Source of the DNA: Antedon mediterranea | Lineage: Eukaryota > Animalia > Echinodermata | DNA: 64,000 nt | NCBI RefSeq assembly: GCF_964355755.1 | Contig: NC_092674.1 | Coordinates: forward strand, 1,736,001-1,800,000 | Direction: 5' to 3' | Part shown: positions 40,260-53,062 of the stretch, in pieces | How positions within the stretch are numbered: the stretch's first letter is position 1 | Layout of the letters: every line of letters starts with the position of its first letter | The notes under the pieces: model-generated | Database searches by the model: none | What the model saw: only the letters and a program-made list of their open reading frames with translations | What the model was told of the DNA's origin: nothing | Translations under genes and position numbers: made by a program

Positions 40260-40963
40260 TTTATTAGGCCCGGATAGCTTGGCCTAGAGTATTTGTTTTG
40301 TGTGGAACCATTGAAGCGTAACGGTTGTACAACCATCCATCCAGGGCATCACATAATTTTATTAATTGTAATGTTGTTGCATAGAGATATCTCTATGGTA
40401 ACAGTTGTACACAGAATATTAATTATGCCACCAATGTATTGGGTATAGCCTAATTTCCAAATATATATGATTGGCTTAAGAACGGTAATATGATGAGAAA
40501 GATGTGTGCCTTAAAAAATGACAATTTGTAAACATTTTAAGATTATAGTATTATTCAGCATAATGTCATTTAACAGTAGGCCTACAATTATTTAAATGTG
40601 AAATATTTTATAGGGAACGTAGGCTGTACTGTGTCTTTTATGTTATATGCAACAAATTACGTAAAACAATTTATTTATAAACATTCAGTTTACTATTAGT
40701 ATTACAATTAACATTGTGTACGTATTATTCCGTGCCTCTTCACTGTCTTGTTTAATTTAAAATTAAATAAACACCCGATATGAGGATATTTATTAGGCAT
40801 GATAATTAGAATGTTCTATAACCAAAAGGGTTGAAAAGAATTTCTTCAGTAAAATGATCATTGTGCTGTTGAATAAAAGGCGACTCGCAATCTGAAACCA
40901 ATCGGAGCTGCGCCTTCTGATATCTGTTTCCTCACAGCTGCTACGTCTTTCTGCTGACCGTCG

Positions 40964-40974
40964 GGGGATTCCCC
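40964..40974. promoter_or_regulatory. Candidate NF-kB site GGGGATTCCCC
   Basis: Exact canonical kB sequence ~700 bp upstream of the ATG (40259) of the DED-NB-ARC-TPR gene. Confidence 0.5.
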
Positions 40975-41605
40975 TTTTTAAAAAACACGCACACGATACT
41001 GTACGATGGTTTTTCCATGGTCAAAATGTAGCGTTTTAATTTTGCTAAAATACCTGCATGTATAAAACGATCATATCGGCGATATTTTTTATTTCTTCAT
41101 TTTGAAAAGTCATAATAAAATTAAATAACACACACATAACTTGTCAATAAATGCAAAATTATCAAAGTAGCCTATAACACTCATTGCCTTACACAATGCT
41201 GTTATTGTTTTAACTAATAGTATACGAAGGCCTACTACACATTTATACATTATTATATTATCCTAAAAAATAAGCTGGTATCCACGCGTAGGTTGAAGAA
41301 AGATTCGTAATTGTGGCTCTGGTAACTGATTTTAAAATCATATTAAATTAACATTTTCGAAACTGTAAATCAGGGAAAATCTTTTTAGAACTTTCAAACA
41401 AGGAACTATTTTATTAATGATTTTTAAAAAGCACATCACTCCTTTAAAACCTGTAAAATAAAAATTAAAACACAAATTATGTATATAATAGGATAAACAT
41501 TAAATGTAGGCCTATACGACATTTAGCGCGACCAAAGTAACAACGCGATCGATATCAAACGCAACCGATATGATTAAAGCAGCGTACTAACTACTAGCGG
41601 CGGCG

Positions 41606-44241
41606 CACAGTGGGCCAGAATCAATTCAAAGTGTGCCAAAAGTCCAAAATGGTAAATGTGGCATTCCGAACTTTTTAATATTGGATTAGGAAGAAGACAT
41701 CTTAAATTATATAAATCCACTAATAATTTTATTTTTTGTAAATTTTAATAGTGTCTTGTAACCATGGAAACTTGAAGAAACCATGACATTTCACTTAAAA
41801 TGAGCAAAAACAACAGTTTTGATAAATTCGCTGTTATTTTTTCTAGAAAAAAGCAATGGATTTGATACTGCATGAAATTGTTGTCTGTTATTAATACTAT
41901 TAGGCAGTAAAATAACATTTTCGATTATTGCTTTATTTTAGGGTTAAAAGTCACAAAATATATCCCAAAAATGCCACAAAAAAATCATATTTTTAAAGTA
42001 AAACCACTAAAATAGTTTGGATTCGCGTCGATTCGCGCGCTAATTTTGACATTAATATTTCGAGCAAAACTTGAGCTTTACGTTAATACCATATTTGGCT
42101 GCGAAAATTCGCGACATTGCATATAGGAAGCTATTTAAATGTCCCGTTTTAAAATAAATGTATAATGCATTTCCATTGACACATTGATGTACCGCAATCG
42201 CACGAACTTGACGAAGAGAAAACCTTTCCACGACGCGTCTGTATTGGAAAAGAGAATGCTACCAGTGTGAGAATAAGCATTCATAAATGTAGGTACAGGA
42301 AACATGGCCTCCATATCAAAATACAACCTTTAAAGCTGTCCATTCGGCTGGTTTAATTACCAACATTGAACTAGCCTGCAATGTATGTTTACGTGAATTG
42401 CGTTTACATTACAATGTAAGGAATGACGAGAACATACCAAAAGAACTTTTAGAGTATACTACTAAAACTATCAAACCATTTTCTTTATTATTTACGAAGA
42501 AGATGGTACAAGTATGGCCGTCACACAAGGTTCATTTCATCAACTATTATTAGTCAGAGAACCAGAAGAACTTCTCTATGTTGCTACACAAGGCGTCTAT
42601 AAGCAAAATTCACATTTAAAATATGTGCTAAAGTTTGCAATGCTAGTTACACCATTAAGACCAGATAAAATAAGAAATTTAATATCCGAAAAAAAACCAG
42701 AACCGATCAAGTTTACTAGTGAAAAAGCTTTGTCACTTTTAGCTCTAAGTTGAAACTGATATGATAAAACAGTCATACCAAACAGGTGTGTGGAACGTGA
42801 GGGAAGCTAAGCAAAGATGCTACGTAAATAATATAACGGTTAAAGAAGATTCGGCAAGAGTACCCCTTCAAAGCTTGCTGGACCAAACTGCACTTCGAAT
42901 TGTTCAGTAAAAAAAAAAAAGAAATTAAAGAAGTAGTTGAACATAAAGATACTTCCTCGTGATTTTGCCGACCTTTACACCTGCAATTCAATATATTATT
43001 TGATATTAATTAACTATGAACTGGCTGCAGATGAAAACAGAAAAGACAACATCTAAATACACTACAATTTACAATTCACCATAGTTGACCAAAAGGTCGT
43101 GAATGCTTTGACTGAAACCAAGTATTCAATGCGATGTTATATATGTGAAGCTACTCCAAAACAGTTTAATGATTTGGATAAACTTCCATCGTTAAGTAAA
43201 GAAGCCTACAGCTATGGCTCTCGCCACTACACAAATGGAGGAGGTGCTTCAAAATGCTAATTCATATTGGTACAGAATGCCAGTAAAAAAAGTGGCGTAT
43301 TTCGTCTGCCTGATAGTGAAAAAGCCATCGTTGCCGATATGAAGAAAAAAAATACACAATCGGTTTAAAGAAGATATAGGAATGAAAGTAGATGAACTTA
43401 AAACAAGGTTCAGGAAAACAATGGCAACATAGCTTGCAGAGCTAGCTCTTCAGGAAAAGGAGACTTTCGCTGAAATTTGCGGGTTGGATGTAAATCTAGT
43501 ACGTGTTTAGACCCTTTTTAGGGACTACTGCCGAAAAACAGCAGAGTTATATATACAACTCTATCCATGGTATAAAATGCCAGTGAGTGTACATGTTCTC
43601 CTAGTTCATGGTTCATCAATTATTTCGAGTTCTGTATTACTGATAGGTATGATGAGCGAAGAGTCTATCGACGAAAACATACAATGAAAACAAACGACAA
43701 CATAAGTGATGTATTTCAGTCATTTAAACCCTTATTTGTAACATGCAATAAAAACCTATTTTCAATATCAATATTATTCACACAATCAGAAAACAGTATT
43801 TGTAATGACATAATACTGTACATTAAAAAGATGGTTTCATTGAACTCTGTGGATCTTTAAATAATTTAAGTACGTTTTAATCATGGATGCAATTTAATCA
43901 CACACGATATTGCAATGAGAATTAAAGTCATCTATCAAAAATTATTATGTTATGACGTCTAATATATTAAGAAAATGTTCCAGTTGGATTTTTATTGGGT
44001 GTAATAGAAACCCTTACACTTTCAATAATGAATGTAATATCAATCGACATAAGAATTACAAGCACATTCGCCTCAACCAATCAGAAAACACCATTTTTAT
44101 TACGTCATACCTATTTAAAAATACTTCCATTAAATTCTACGGGTCTGAAAACCCCTTAGATCCTTTAAAAATTAAGGTAATCAGTATTTATTTATGCGTA
44201 TAGACTTTTGACACACTTTGAACCAATTCTGGCCCACTGTG
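41606..44241 (+). mobile_element. Transib DNA transposon with decayed transposase and both TIRs intact
   Basis: ~39-bp TIRs start CACAGTG; GC-rich 5-bp TSD CGGCG (41601-41605, 44242-44246). Broken transposase motifs at ~42500-43690: FCRPLHLQF, TIVDQKVVNALT..MRCYICEATPKQFN, SPLHKWRRCF, LYPWYKMPVSVHVLLVHG, IGMMSEES. Confidence 0.9.
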
Positions 44242-44278
44242 CGGCGCTTCATAGTATAGTCATACCGAAATAAAACCA

Positions 44279-44403
44279 TGGGCGACTTTGTAATGGGGCG
44301 ACTTTGCGATGGGGCGACTGTGCCGGGGCGACTTTGTTTTGGGGCGACTTTGGGATGGGGCGACTTTGTATGGGGCGACTTTGCGATGGGGCGACTTGAC
44401 TAG
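44279..44403. repeat. Array of ggggcgacttt units (~15-bp period, 8 copies), likely a transposon subterminal array
   Basis: Directly visible; ends in ggggcgacttgactag. Confidence 0.8.
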
Positions 44404-44409
44404 CATCCT

Positions 44410-44905
44410 TTAGAAGTACATCTATTCAAACTTTAAAAAATTATTTATTTCCATGGAAGAAGTACTAGATCATCACTACAAAGCCATCATTCTTTTAGGG
44501 GATTTTAATATTCGTCACCAAAGACAATATCTTGTAAATAAGTTTGAACATCTTATTTTTGACTCCATGGAGTCGCTTGATTTTGTACAAATGGTTAATT
44601 TTCATACAAGAATAGCTAACAATACTGTTGAAGGCAACACCTTGGAATTAATTTTTAGCAATAGGCCTGAGTTGTTCAATATTGAACAAATTGAAGGTCT
44701 GGGTAAAAGTGATCATGTGGGTGTGAAATTTAATATGAATGTAAAGTTAACTGGTTTTCGAAAACTACAAAATCGATCAAAATTTCTGTACTCAAAACTT
44801 AACCTATTACACGAAGAATTAGAATCTGCAGATTGGAATTCGTGCCTAGTTGTAAATGATGTTAATACATCATGGATACATTTTAGGGATATGCTTTTGA
44901 AAGTG
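44410..44905 (+). mobile_element. LINE (CR1-like) endonuclease fragment
   Basis: IILLGDFN, GNTLELIFSN, LGKSDH; interrupted at ~44906. Confidence 0.8.
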
Positions 44906-44908
44906 TTT

Positions 44909-47570
44909 ACCCAGCAAACAATTTTACGTTTTGGTAACGTTATAATTACGTTATTTTTTTGTTATAAAAACGTTTTCTAATAACGTTGTACGAACGCAAA
45001 AATGTCGACCTTTTTATACGACTTCAATTCAATTCAATTCAATTCAATTCAAAATTCTTTAATCATCCCACACGGGGCAATTCAAATAAAAAGGTCTGGA
45101 TTAAAATGATCTTACAAAATATACAAAATATCACAATACACAGAACAAAATAGAAAAAAAGTCAAGTCAAGGTTCAAGAATTTAAGAGTCGAATAGCCAC
45201 TGGCAAAAACGAATTCCTTTTCCGGTTTGTTCTACATGCCGGGCATCGAAAGCGACGCCCATGAGGCATGAGCTCGAAATCACTGAACAAGGCATGGTTA
45301 ATATTTTTTAGAATAGCTCTACTTTTTTCTAGAGTTTGCATGTCACAGAAAGAAGATAAGCTACGAAGTTGACAACCTATTAATTTAGAACTTAAGTTAA
45401 CAATTCTTTGTAGTGAGTTTTTCTCTTTGACCCTAAGACTAAAAAACCAGCATATAAAGGAAAAAGTTAAAACGTTCTCAATAAAGGAATTATAAAAAAC
45501 CCTAAGAATTACTTTATCGACATTAAAATGGTTCAGCTTCCTTAACAGATAAAGTCTCTGGTGTCCTTTCTTTACTATTGCCTCTGTGTTTAATTCCCAG
45601 CCGAGATTGTCCTCAAATATAGTACCTAGGTATTTAAAGGAATGGACAATATCGACTGGTTCGTCATTTATAATGGATACCCAAGGGTTGCGTCCTTTCT
45701 CCTTCCTAAAATCTACAATCATCTCCTTGGTTTTGGTCACATTGAGTTCCAAGTAGGAGTTTCCACAAAATTGGATAAAATCATCTAAAGCGGAACCATG
45801 GCCGTCCTGTGAATTTTGAAGGAGAGACAGCAAGACAGTGTCGTCAGCAAATTTAACAAGATGACTATTGTCCTGTTTGCTGCGACAGTCATCCGTGTAT
45901 ATAATATACAGGAGAGGAGAGAGGACGCAACCCTGGGGGGATCCAATACTTGTCATACGTACATTCGAGTGTCTTTGGTTAACTAAGACCCTCTGACATC
46001 TGTTCGTAAGAAAACTTATAATCCATAATACAAAATCACGTTGAAAACCAAAATTCGAAATTAATTTGTTTGCTAAAATATAAGGGTGCATGGTATTGAA
46101 GGCAGAAGAGAAGTCGGCGAATAACATTCTGGCGTGAGATCGAGGCAGTTCAAGGTGCTTGTACAATGTGTTTAATAAAAAAAGCTTGGCATCCTCAACA
46201 CCTCTTCCAGACCTGTATGCAAACTGCAGTGGATCGAGTTTAGACTCTACAACAGACGTGATGTAGGTTTTAACTATCTTTTCAAAGATTTTCATAACAA
46301 GAGATGTCAGCGCAATAGGGCGCAGATCATTCAGTTGTTTTATGACAGTCTGTTTAGGAATAGGTTTTATAATCGATTCTTTCCAAAGATTAGGAACTAC
46401 ATACTGGTTTATAGAGGTCTGGAAGAGGTACCGAAGGACACCACTGAGCTGATCCGCACACGACTTCAATGTTCTGCCCTCAATACCATCGGGACCAGAA
46501 CTCTTATTTACATTTATATTCCTGAGTAATGTTCTAACATGATCCTCAGAAATAATAATTTCATCTACATGCGGATCATTATTGCCAACAGTGTCGTCTT
46601 TTAAATCGTGTTTTTCAAACCTAGCAAAGAAGTCGTTTAATCTATCTGGCAATGCCTGGTCATCAATACCCTCTACATTTATTTTATTTCTTTGTGTTTT
46701 ATCAGCTGTGTTTATAGACGCCATATGTTTAATTCCTTGCCAAGCACTACGAATACATCCACTACTAAACTTATTTTCAATTTTTCTCTTATACATGTCT
46801 TTAGCCTTACGGACAGCTACTTTAACTTCTTTATTTATTTGCTTATTATCGTGAGTGGTGCCTTGGTAAAAAATCCGTTTCTTCTTATTTAATATGTCTT
46901 TCAACTCTTTCGTAACCCACGGCTTATTATTTGCAAAAACGACAACCTCTTTTTTCGGTAATACTGAATCAACACAATAATTTACATATGATGTTATAAC
47001 ATCCGCCATTTCGTTTAGATTTGGTGACGACTCATAAAATACTTGCCAATCAGTGCATTCAAAACACCCTCTTAGACTTTATAACGTCCAAAATAACGTG
47101 TTTATAACGTTTTTTGAACGTCCTCAATAATGTTCATAAATAACGTGTTAAATACGTATTTATAACTTCTACAATAACGTTGCACGAACGAGAAAATGTC
47201 GACCTTTTTATACGACTTTATAACGTCCAAAATAACGTTCAAAATAACGTGTTTATAACGTCTTTTGAACGTCATCAATAATGTTCATAAATAACGTATT
47301 CAAAACGTATATACAACTTCTGCAATAACGTTGATAAAAAACGTGTCCTAAACGTTTTTTTAACGTTTTATGTAATGTTTGTAAATGACGTGTTTGCAAC
47401 ATGTTTTTAACGTCCAAAATAACATTCATACATAACGTATGCAACGCGTTTTTATAACGTCCTAAAAATGTTCACAATTAAAGTGTTAGGAACGTGCCTT
47501 CTACGTTTGTAAATGACGTATTTGCTACGTGTTTTTAACGTTCTCAATGTTTTTAAATAACGTATGCGAA
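44909..47570. mobile_element. End of an EnSpm/CMC-like DNA element with ataacgt-rich subterminal repeats, interrupted by a LINE
   Basis: Begins acccagcaaaca; dense aacgt/ataacgt repeats at 44920-45024 and 47075-47570. Superfamily is inference and the other terminus was not found. Confidence 0.55.
45025..47074 (-). mobile_element. 5'-truncated LINE (Rex-Babar/L2-like) with intact RT frame 47009-45174
   Basis: LRPIALTS, LDPLQFAY, FADFSSAFNT, GSPQGCVLSP, KFADD; (GAATT)n tail at 45025-45050; GACTT duplicated at both junctions. Confidence 0.92.
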
Positions 47571-48179
47571 AACAGAAGTGTAAACTTCTCTATGCAGGAT
47601 CCTTGCCATCGTTTATGCTATGAAACTGTATTTATAAACGATGAGTAAATAAATGTGAATTGAATTGAATTAATTATGACTTTCGCACATACGAACTAGT
47701 AACGTTCATTATAACGTACCAGATACATTTTCAAATCGTAGTTTGATAATGTTACATCATAAACTTTTTACCACTGACGACGTATTTATAACGTCCATAT
47801 TTGACGTCCTGAAAATGTAATACTGTACTTAGTTATATACAACGATTTGGCTAACGTTACCACATATTATTATATATAGTGTTCTGCAGATATACGCGTT
47901 ACATAGCTCGTTATTTGTTAAAACATGTAGTTAGTACTGTATAAGACATATAAAAACAAGCAATTTAAAATGAAATATTGTTTTTGATTTATTCTATTAT
48001 CTGATTAAAAAAAGACATAATGTATTGCAAATAGCTTAAGAGGTAGGAACTTGATTATTATTAGAGAGCTTTCGCTATTTTTGATCTGGAACGAGAACCA
48101 GCAGTAATTACCCGTTCTCGATGATACGGAGATCGATAATGAGAAACATTGTTCTTAAACGAGAATGAGCAAATTTGCC

Positions 48180-50656
48180 TATAAGTCGTCCTCCTCTCTG
48201 CTGTCTGGCACATTCCGTTCCTGAAAAGATAACAAATTGTAAAACTAGGTAAATAAAATTATCTCTTAGCAGCAAGTCTTTAAAAAAAAATTTTAAATGT
48301 TACTAGTTTACAAAATTTAATTATTGTCATTCTAATCGAATTTTCCCCACGTTTAAATTATAAATGATTTTGGCTATTGACTATTTGGTGTTTTTTATGT
48401 GGTTGCACATTCCCTATAAAATTTACATTACAGTATGTAGTTGTTATGTTTATTTCGTATTGGATAGTGTTGTTGGGTCTAAATACCAAGCCCTATCAGT
48501 ATAGTACCAGACGTTAGTTGTAATTGGATAGTGTTGTTGGGTCTAAATACCAAGCCCTATCAGTATAGTACCAGACGTTAGTTGTAATTGGATAGTGTTG
48601 TTGGGTCTAAATACCAAGTCCTATCAGTATAGTACCAGACGTTAGTTGTAATTGGATAGTGTTGTTGGGTCTAAATACCAAGCCCTATCAGTATAGTACC
48701 AGACGTTAGTTGTAATTGGATAGTGTTGTTGGGTCTAAATACCAAGTCCTATCAGTATAGTACCAGACGTTAGTTGTAATTTACTTTATTCCAACATTTG
48801 TATCCCGTAACTTTACATTAATTATTCGTTTGAGTGCGATTGTACGAATGGGTTTTATTGCTTTATATACCACTTGGTGAAACTGAACAATAATGACTAG
48901 TATCTTTCAGTTTGTAAACTATTTAGTCTTTAAACTGATGCGGACTATAGTAAACTTCATCATTACAATATGAGTGATACGTAAAAGCATGGAGGAATAA
49001 GTTATTTCGCCATGTTAAAAAATAAAATGATAAATCAAATTAAATTTATTCTTACCTTGTATCTTGAGCCACCTGGTCTGTTGGGAGCGTGCTTCAGTGT
49101 TTCAGCAATCTCTATCTCACATTGCTTCAATCGTTTGTGGGTGAGCTCGCATACACGATTCTAAAGATGAACAATTTGAATGAGAGTTATTAGTCACAAT
49201 GTACACATTTAAAACTTTAAAATTCTGTATTAGCAGTAAACATTAATGCCATTATGACATAAATTGTTGTTAGTAAATAAACGACTTATAATTTAGAAAG
49301 TTCAGTACTTTTACATTATGCGCGCGCCGAACACATAAGTACTAATGTGCATGAGCACATTTGGTTTTAAGCGTCTAGTATTATTTGTCTTATTTGACCT
49401 CCTTTCACACTTCTTTGGTTTTTTTTTAAAGTACAAGTATCCCTATATATTTTTTTCAAATTAGTTTGATTACCTTATTGTTTATTACTATGATACCTGT
49501 TATCATTGTTTCACATAACTTGTGTGTGAAAAAAATTGAATAAAAGAAAAGAAAAGAAAGAAAAATTGAACTTCAAATACAAATTTTTAACGGCTACTTA
49601 AAAAAGGGGTATATTACCAATCATAGAGTCCTTACAGAGAAGCGACCGATGTTTCCGTTATTTCTTCTATCTTGTCATTTGCTACGATAATAAAAAAAAA
49701 TATTTCAATAGGCATAGTCTGTGAGAATATACCTGTTAGCCCCCTGGTCTATAACTTGCCAAAAAACAAAGTATAAATATTAGCAACTACTACTGTATAC
49801 TTGACAACATTATTTCGCAAGTACTGTAATAATGAAGGTAACTCAATGTTTAAATTAGAGCAACTATGACTTACTATGTATTGTTACCGACTCTTGAGCC
49901 ATGCTGTCATCACTTTCACTATCATCTATAATTAAATTAAAAATAACACATTATTAATTTAACATAAGTCTTTGTTTAAATTGATTTTCTTTTAAACGCT
50001 TAACTTAATTACTTTTTGGTTCCATTTTTTCCAAAAGTATTCCCAAGATGAGAAAGAGAAAACATTGACAGTATGGGTTTTGCTAAACCCAGCAAACCTC
50101 CCAAAAAACATAGCAAACCCCACCGAACTAATATAAAAGTGATTGAATCATGTACTGTACGACCCACTGGGTATATCCATGTAAAAAAAAATTAAATTTC
50201 TACTGTTAACTACTTATTTTGGGGGTAAAAAGACAAAACAAAATATTAAATTGTTGTAAAAATACTTTTAACTGAAATGTTTAAATTAATATTTAAATTA
50301 AACAAATTGAAATCTTATTTAAATGTAGAAATACATTTGATTGTTTAATTAAGGAAATGCATGGAAGAGTTGGCAAGTAAGCGACTTTTTTATTTTTAAA
50401 TATTCATCTACAAAAGGGAGTCCGGACTCATTTTAAACTGAATAAATCATATAACATAAAAATGACATAATGTTTTAGCACAAAAAAACAGTAAATTGTC
50501 AGCATGTTAACTTAGTACTGTAGCATATTTAAAACAACAAACAAGTGCAATTTTGTGAATGATAAATAAAAATAACTCACCGAAAATGTGTCTATAAAAT
50601 AGAAGTTGATGATGATTTGGTTTTGAGTTATTTTAGGCTATGCAGTCTTCTAAAAT
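48180..50656 (-). pseudogene. Decayed spliced gene, probably a transposon accessory gene (DUF4806/BEN-like C-terminus); exon relics ~50656-50582, ~49925-49875, 49160-49056, ~48221-48180
   Basis: Exon-like segments with AG/GT ends. EIEIAETLKHAPNRPGGSRYK resembles the C-terminus of EnSpm-associated DUF4806 proteins (recalled, not searched). Stops and a frameshift are present. Confidence 0.45.
48459..48780. repeat. Tandem repeat, 64-bp unit, 5 near-identical copies
   Basis: attggatagtgttgttgggtctaaataccaag(c/t)cctatcagtatagtaccagacgttagttgta repeated without spacers. Confidence 0.95.
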
Positions 50657-50780
50657 CTGTATAAAAAATGTTGATAGTCATAGTTACCTTTTCAAATTAG
50701 TAAAGGTCTTGAGTTATTTCATATTTCAAGAATGTTTTTAATGATGAATTTATCGGGTGCCGAATTAATCTAGCCAAAGC

Positions 50781-52543
50781 CAGATATATAAAGTTAAATA
50801 TAGAGTTACGACATTGGATTATACTGTAGTCACGTGATATGTAGATCAATTTTATGTCAAACTTGTCTCCGTTAATGCATGTAAAGTATAGGAGCAAGAA
50901 AATACTTTAAACTTTTTCTTATAATTATTTAAAAAATGTAATTGCACATTTTACGTTGAAATATCGATGTGCACAGCGTACAGAAGTACTTGCGGCAAAG
51001 AATATTGCGCGCGCGTGCGCTAGTACATTATAAAGTTCGATTGATTGATTTTGGAACGAAACATCCCGTAACTACGTCCTATTAATAACAATTATGTAAT
51101 ATTTTCAATTCATAATTCATGCTTTGATGACTTAAAAAAATAATAAAGTGTCATGGATATATTTGTTAATATATTGAATAGGGTATGAACAATATTAAAA
51201 TGAAGGCAAATTATTACAAATATAATTATTGTTATTATAGACCCAATATATTTATAATGATTGCAATTTTTATTCTGTTTTATATAAATTCTATGTTACC
51301 GGGTTGTTAAATGTTTATCCTTGTTAATGTTATTTTGCCACCAGCACTATCAGGAGAGTCTTTTATAGCGATATTTTTTGCTTTTTGACAATCCGCCAGG
51401 ATAGTGTTCTGCGCTTTTTCTCTGCTTGTTGTTGTTCTATGTTATATACTTTTTGTATTGTTTTTGTATTATTTTTTCTGGATAATAAATGAATATGAAT
51501 ATGAATATATATATATATGTTACCAAATTAATACCATTAATAAAATTAATTACTAAAATAAAAACGGAATATAAGCGTTATTTCATAGACAAAAAATCTA
51601 AAAATAATGCATGAACTACAGGAAAATGCTCGGCTCTGATACAAAACAGAGCCATATATATAAAGAGTTACGCCATTTTTGTGTCAAAGAATTCGCACGC
51701 TGAAGGCGCGCGCGTCTCTTTTGTATAGCGTTTTCCTGTAGTTCCATGCATTATTTTTAGATTTTGTTGTCAATGAAATAACGCTTAGATTCCGTTTTTA
51801 TTTTAGTAAATAAAGTTATTAATGGTATTAATTTGGTAACATATATATATTGTGTCTATAATAACAAAAGAATAAATGCTAGGGCCTACATGCAAGTCAG
51901 GATACATCAAAGCATGAACCAATACAAAAAACACACAAATTCACCCCTCTTTTTATACAGTATATGGCTCTCTGTGTGTTTTTGACACAAAATTTCAGAG
52001 ACTCGTTCATCATTTCATTTGTAATAACTTGCCTTTATTATTTTAATGTTGTTCATACCTATTCAATATATTAACAAATATATCCACGACACTTTATTAT
52101 TTTATTTAGTCATCAAAGCATGCATTATGAATTGAAAATATTACATAATTGTTATTAATGGGACGTAGTTATGGGATGTTTTGTTCCAAAATCAATCAAT
52201 CGAACGTTATAATGTACTAGCTTACGCGCGCGCAATATTCTTTGGCGCAAGTGGTTCTGTACGCTGTGCACGTCGATATTCCACCGTAAAATGTGCAATT
52301 ACATTTTTTTTAATATAAGAAAAAGTTTAAAGTAATTTCTTGCTCCTATACTTTACATGCATTAACGGAGACAAGTTTGACACAAATTGATCTGCATATC
52401 ACGTGACTTAAATCCAATGTCGTAACTCTTTATATATATGGCTCTGATACAAAATAGACGGGCGCGCCCTCAGCGTGCGAATTCTTTGACACAAAAATGG
52501 CTTCTAATTTTCAATGTCGTAACTCTTTATATATATGGCTCTG
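50781..52543. mobile_element. Non-autonomous TIR element with 8-bp TSD containing an inverted copy of its own family (51647-52446)
   Basis: Ends CAGAGCCATATATATAAAGAGTTACG (left outer end degenerate). Outer TSD gccaaagc/gtcaaagc; inner TSD atacaaaa at 51639-51646 and 52447-52454. Confidence 0.8.
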
Positions 52544-53010
52544 GTCAAAGCTAGTCATTAAGGTCGTGCTAACAGTGAACAATTTACATGGTTTAGAAAC
52601 TACTGTACTATTCATTTAGCAAAAAAACATATGCATGTTATATTTAATGGATCTCACTCCATCATCATGACCATTTCTAACTATTAAGTTAATTTACAAC
52701 TTTATAACATTAGTAAGTAATGATAATATAAACGAAACCTATAGTCTATAGGCCCATCCTTTGTAAATACTAAATAGTTTAATAAGTACGGTAATTAAAC
52801 GTCAAATGTGATCACTGTAAAACTGTAACAGTTTATAACCAGGTCTAGGCTAGGCCTAGTAGTAAGCCTAATTAGATTTGGTTTTCTAAAAAGGTAGTAT
52901 AAATTAACATCGCAAAATTGTATTATTTATTGATAATGTATTCCAAACAATAAATAAATAAACCATGTTTATGTTAAATAAATATTCACGGATTTTTTAA
53001 TATCTAGTAA

Positions 53011-53062
53011 CATAGAGATATTATAATATCTATTATCTATTATACACTATAATATCTCTATG
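53011..53062. mobile_element. 52-bp P-element-like mini element
   Basis: CATAGAGATATTATA...TATAATATCTCTATG flanked by the 7-bp TSD CTAGTAA. Confidence 0.75.

Noticed and set aside
41606-44241. ProtoRAG / RAG1L-RAG2L transposon
   Set aside because: Only 2.6 kb, no RAG2-like or RING region visible, and symmetric ends. The motifs fit ordinary Transib.
48459-48780. 64-bp repeats as a CRISPR array
   Set aside because: Units are contiguous and near-identical with no unique spacers; eukaryotic context and no cas genes.
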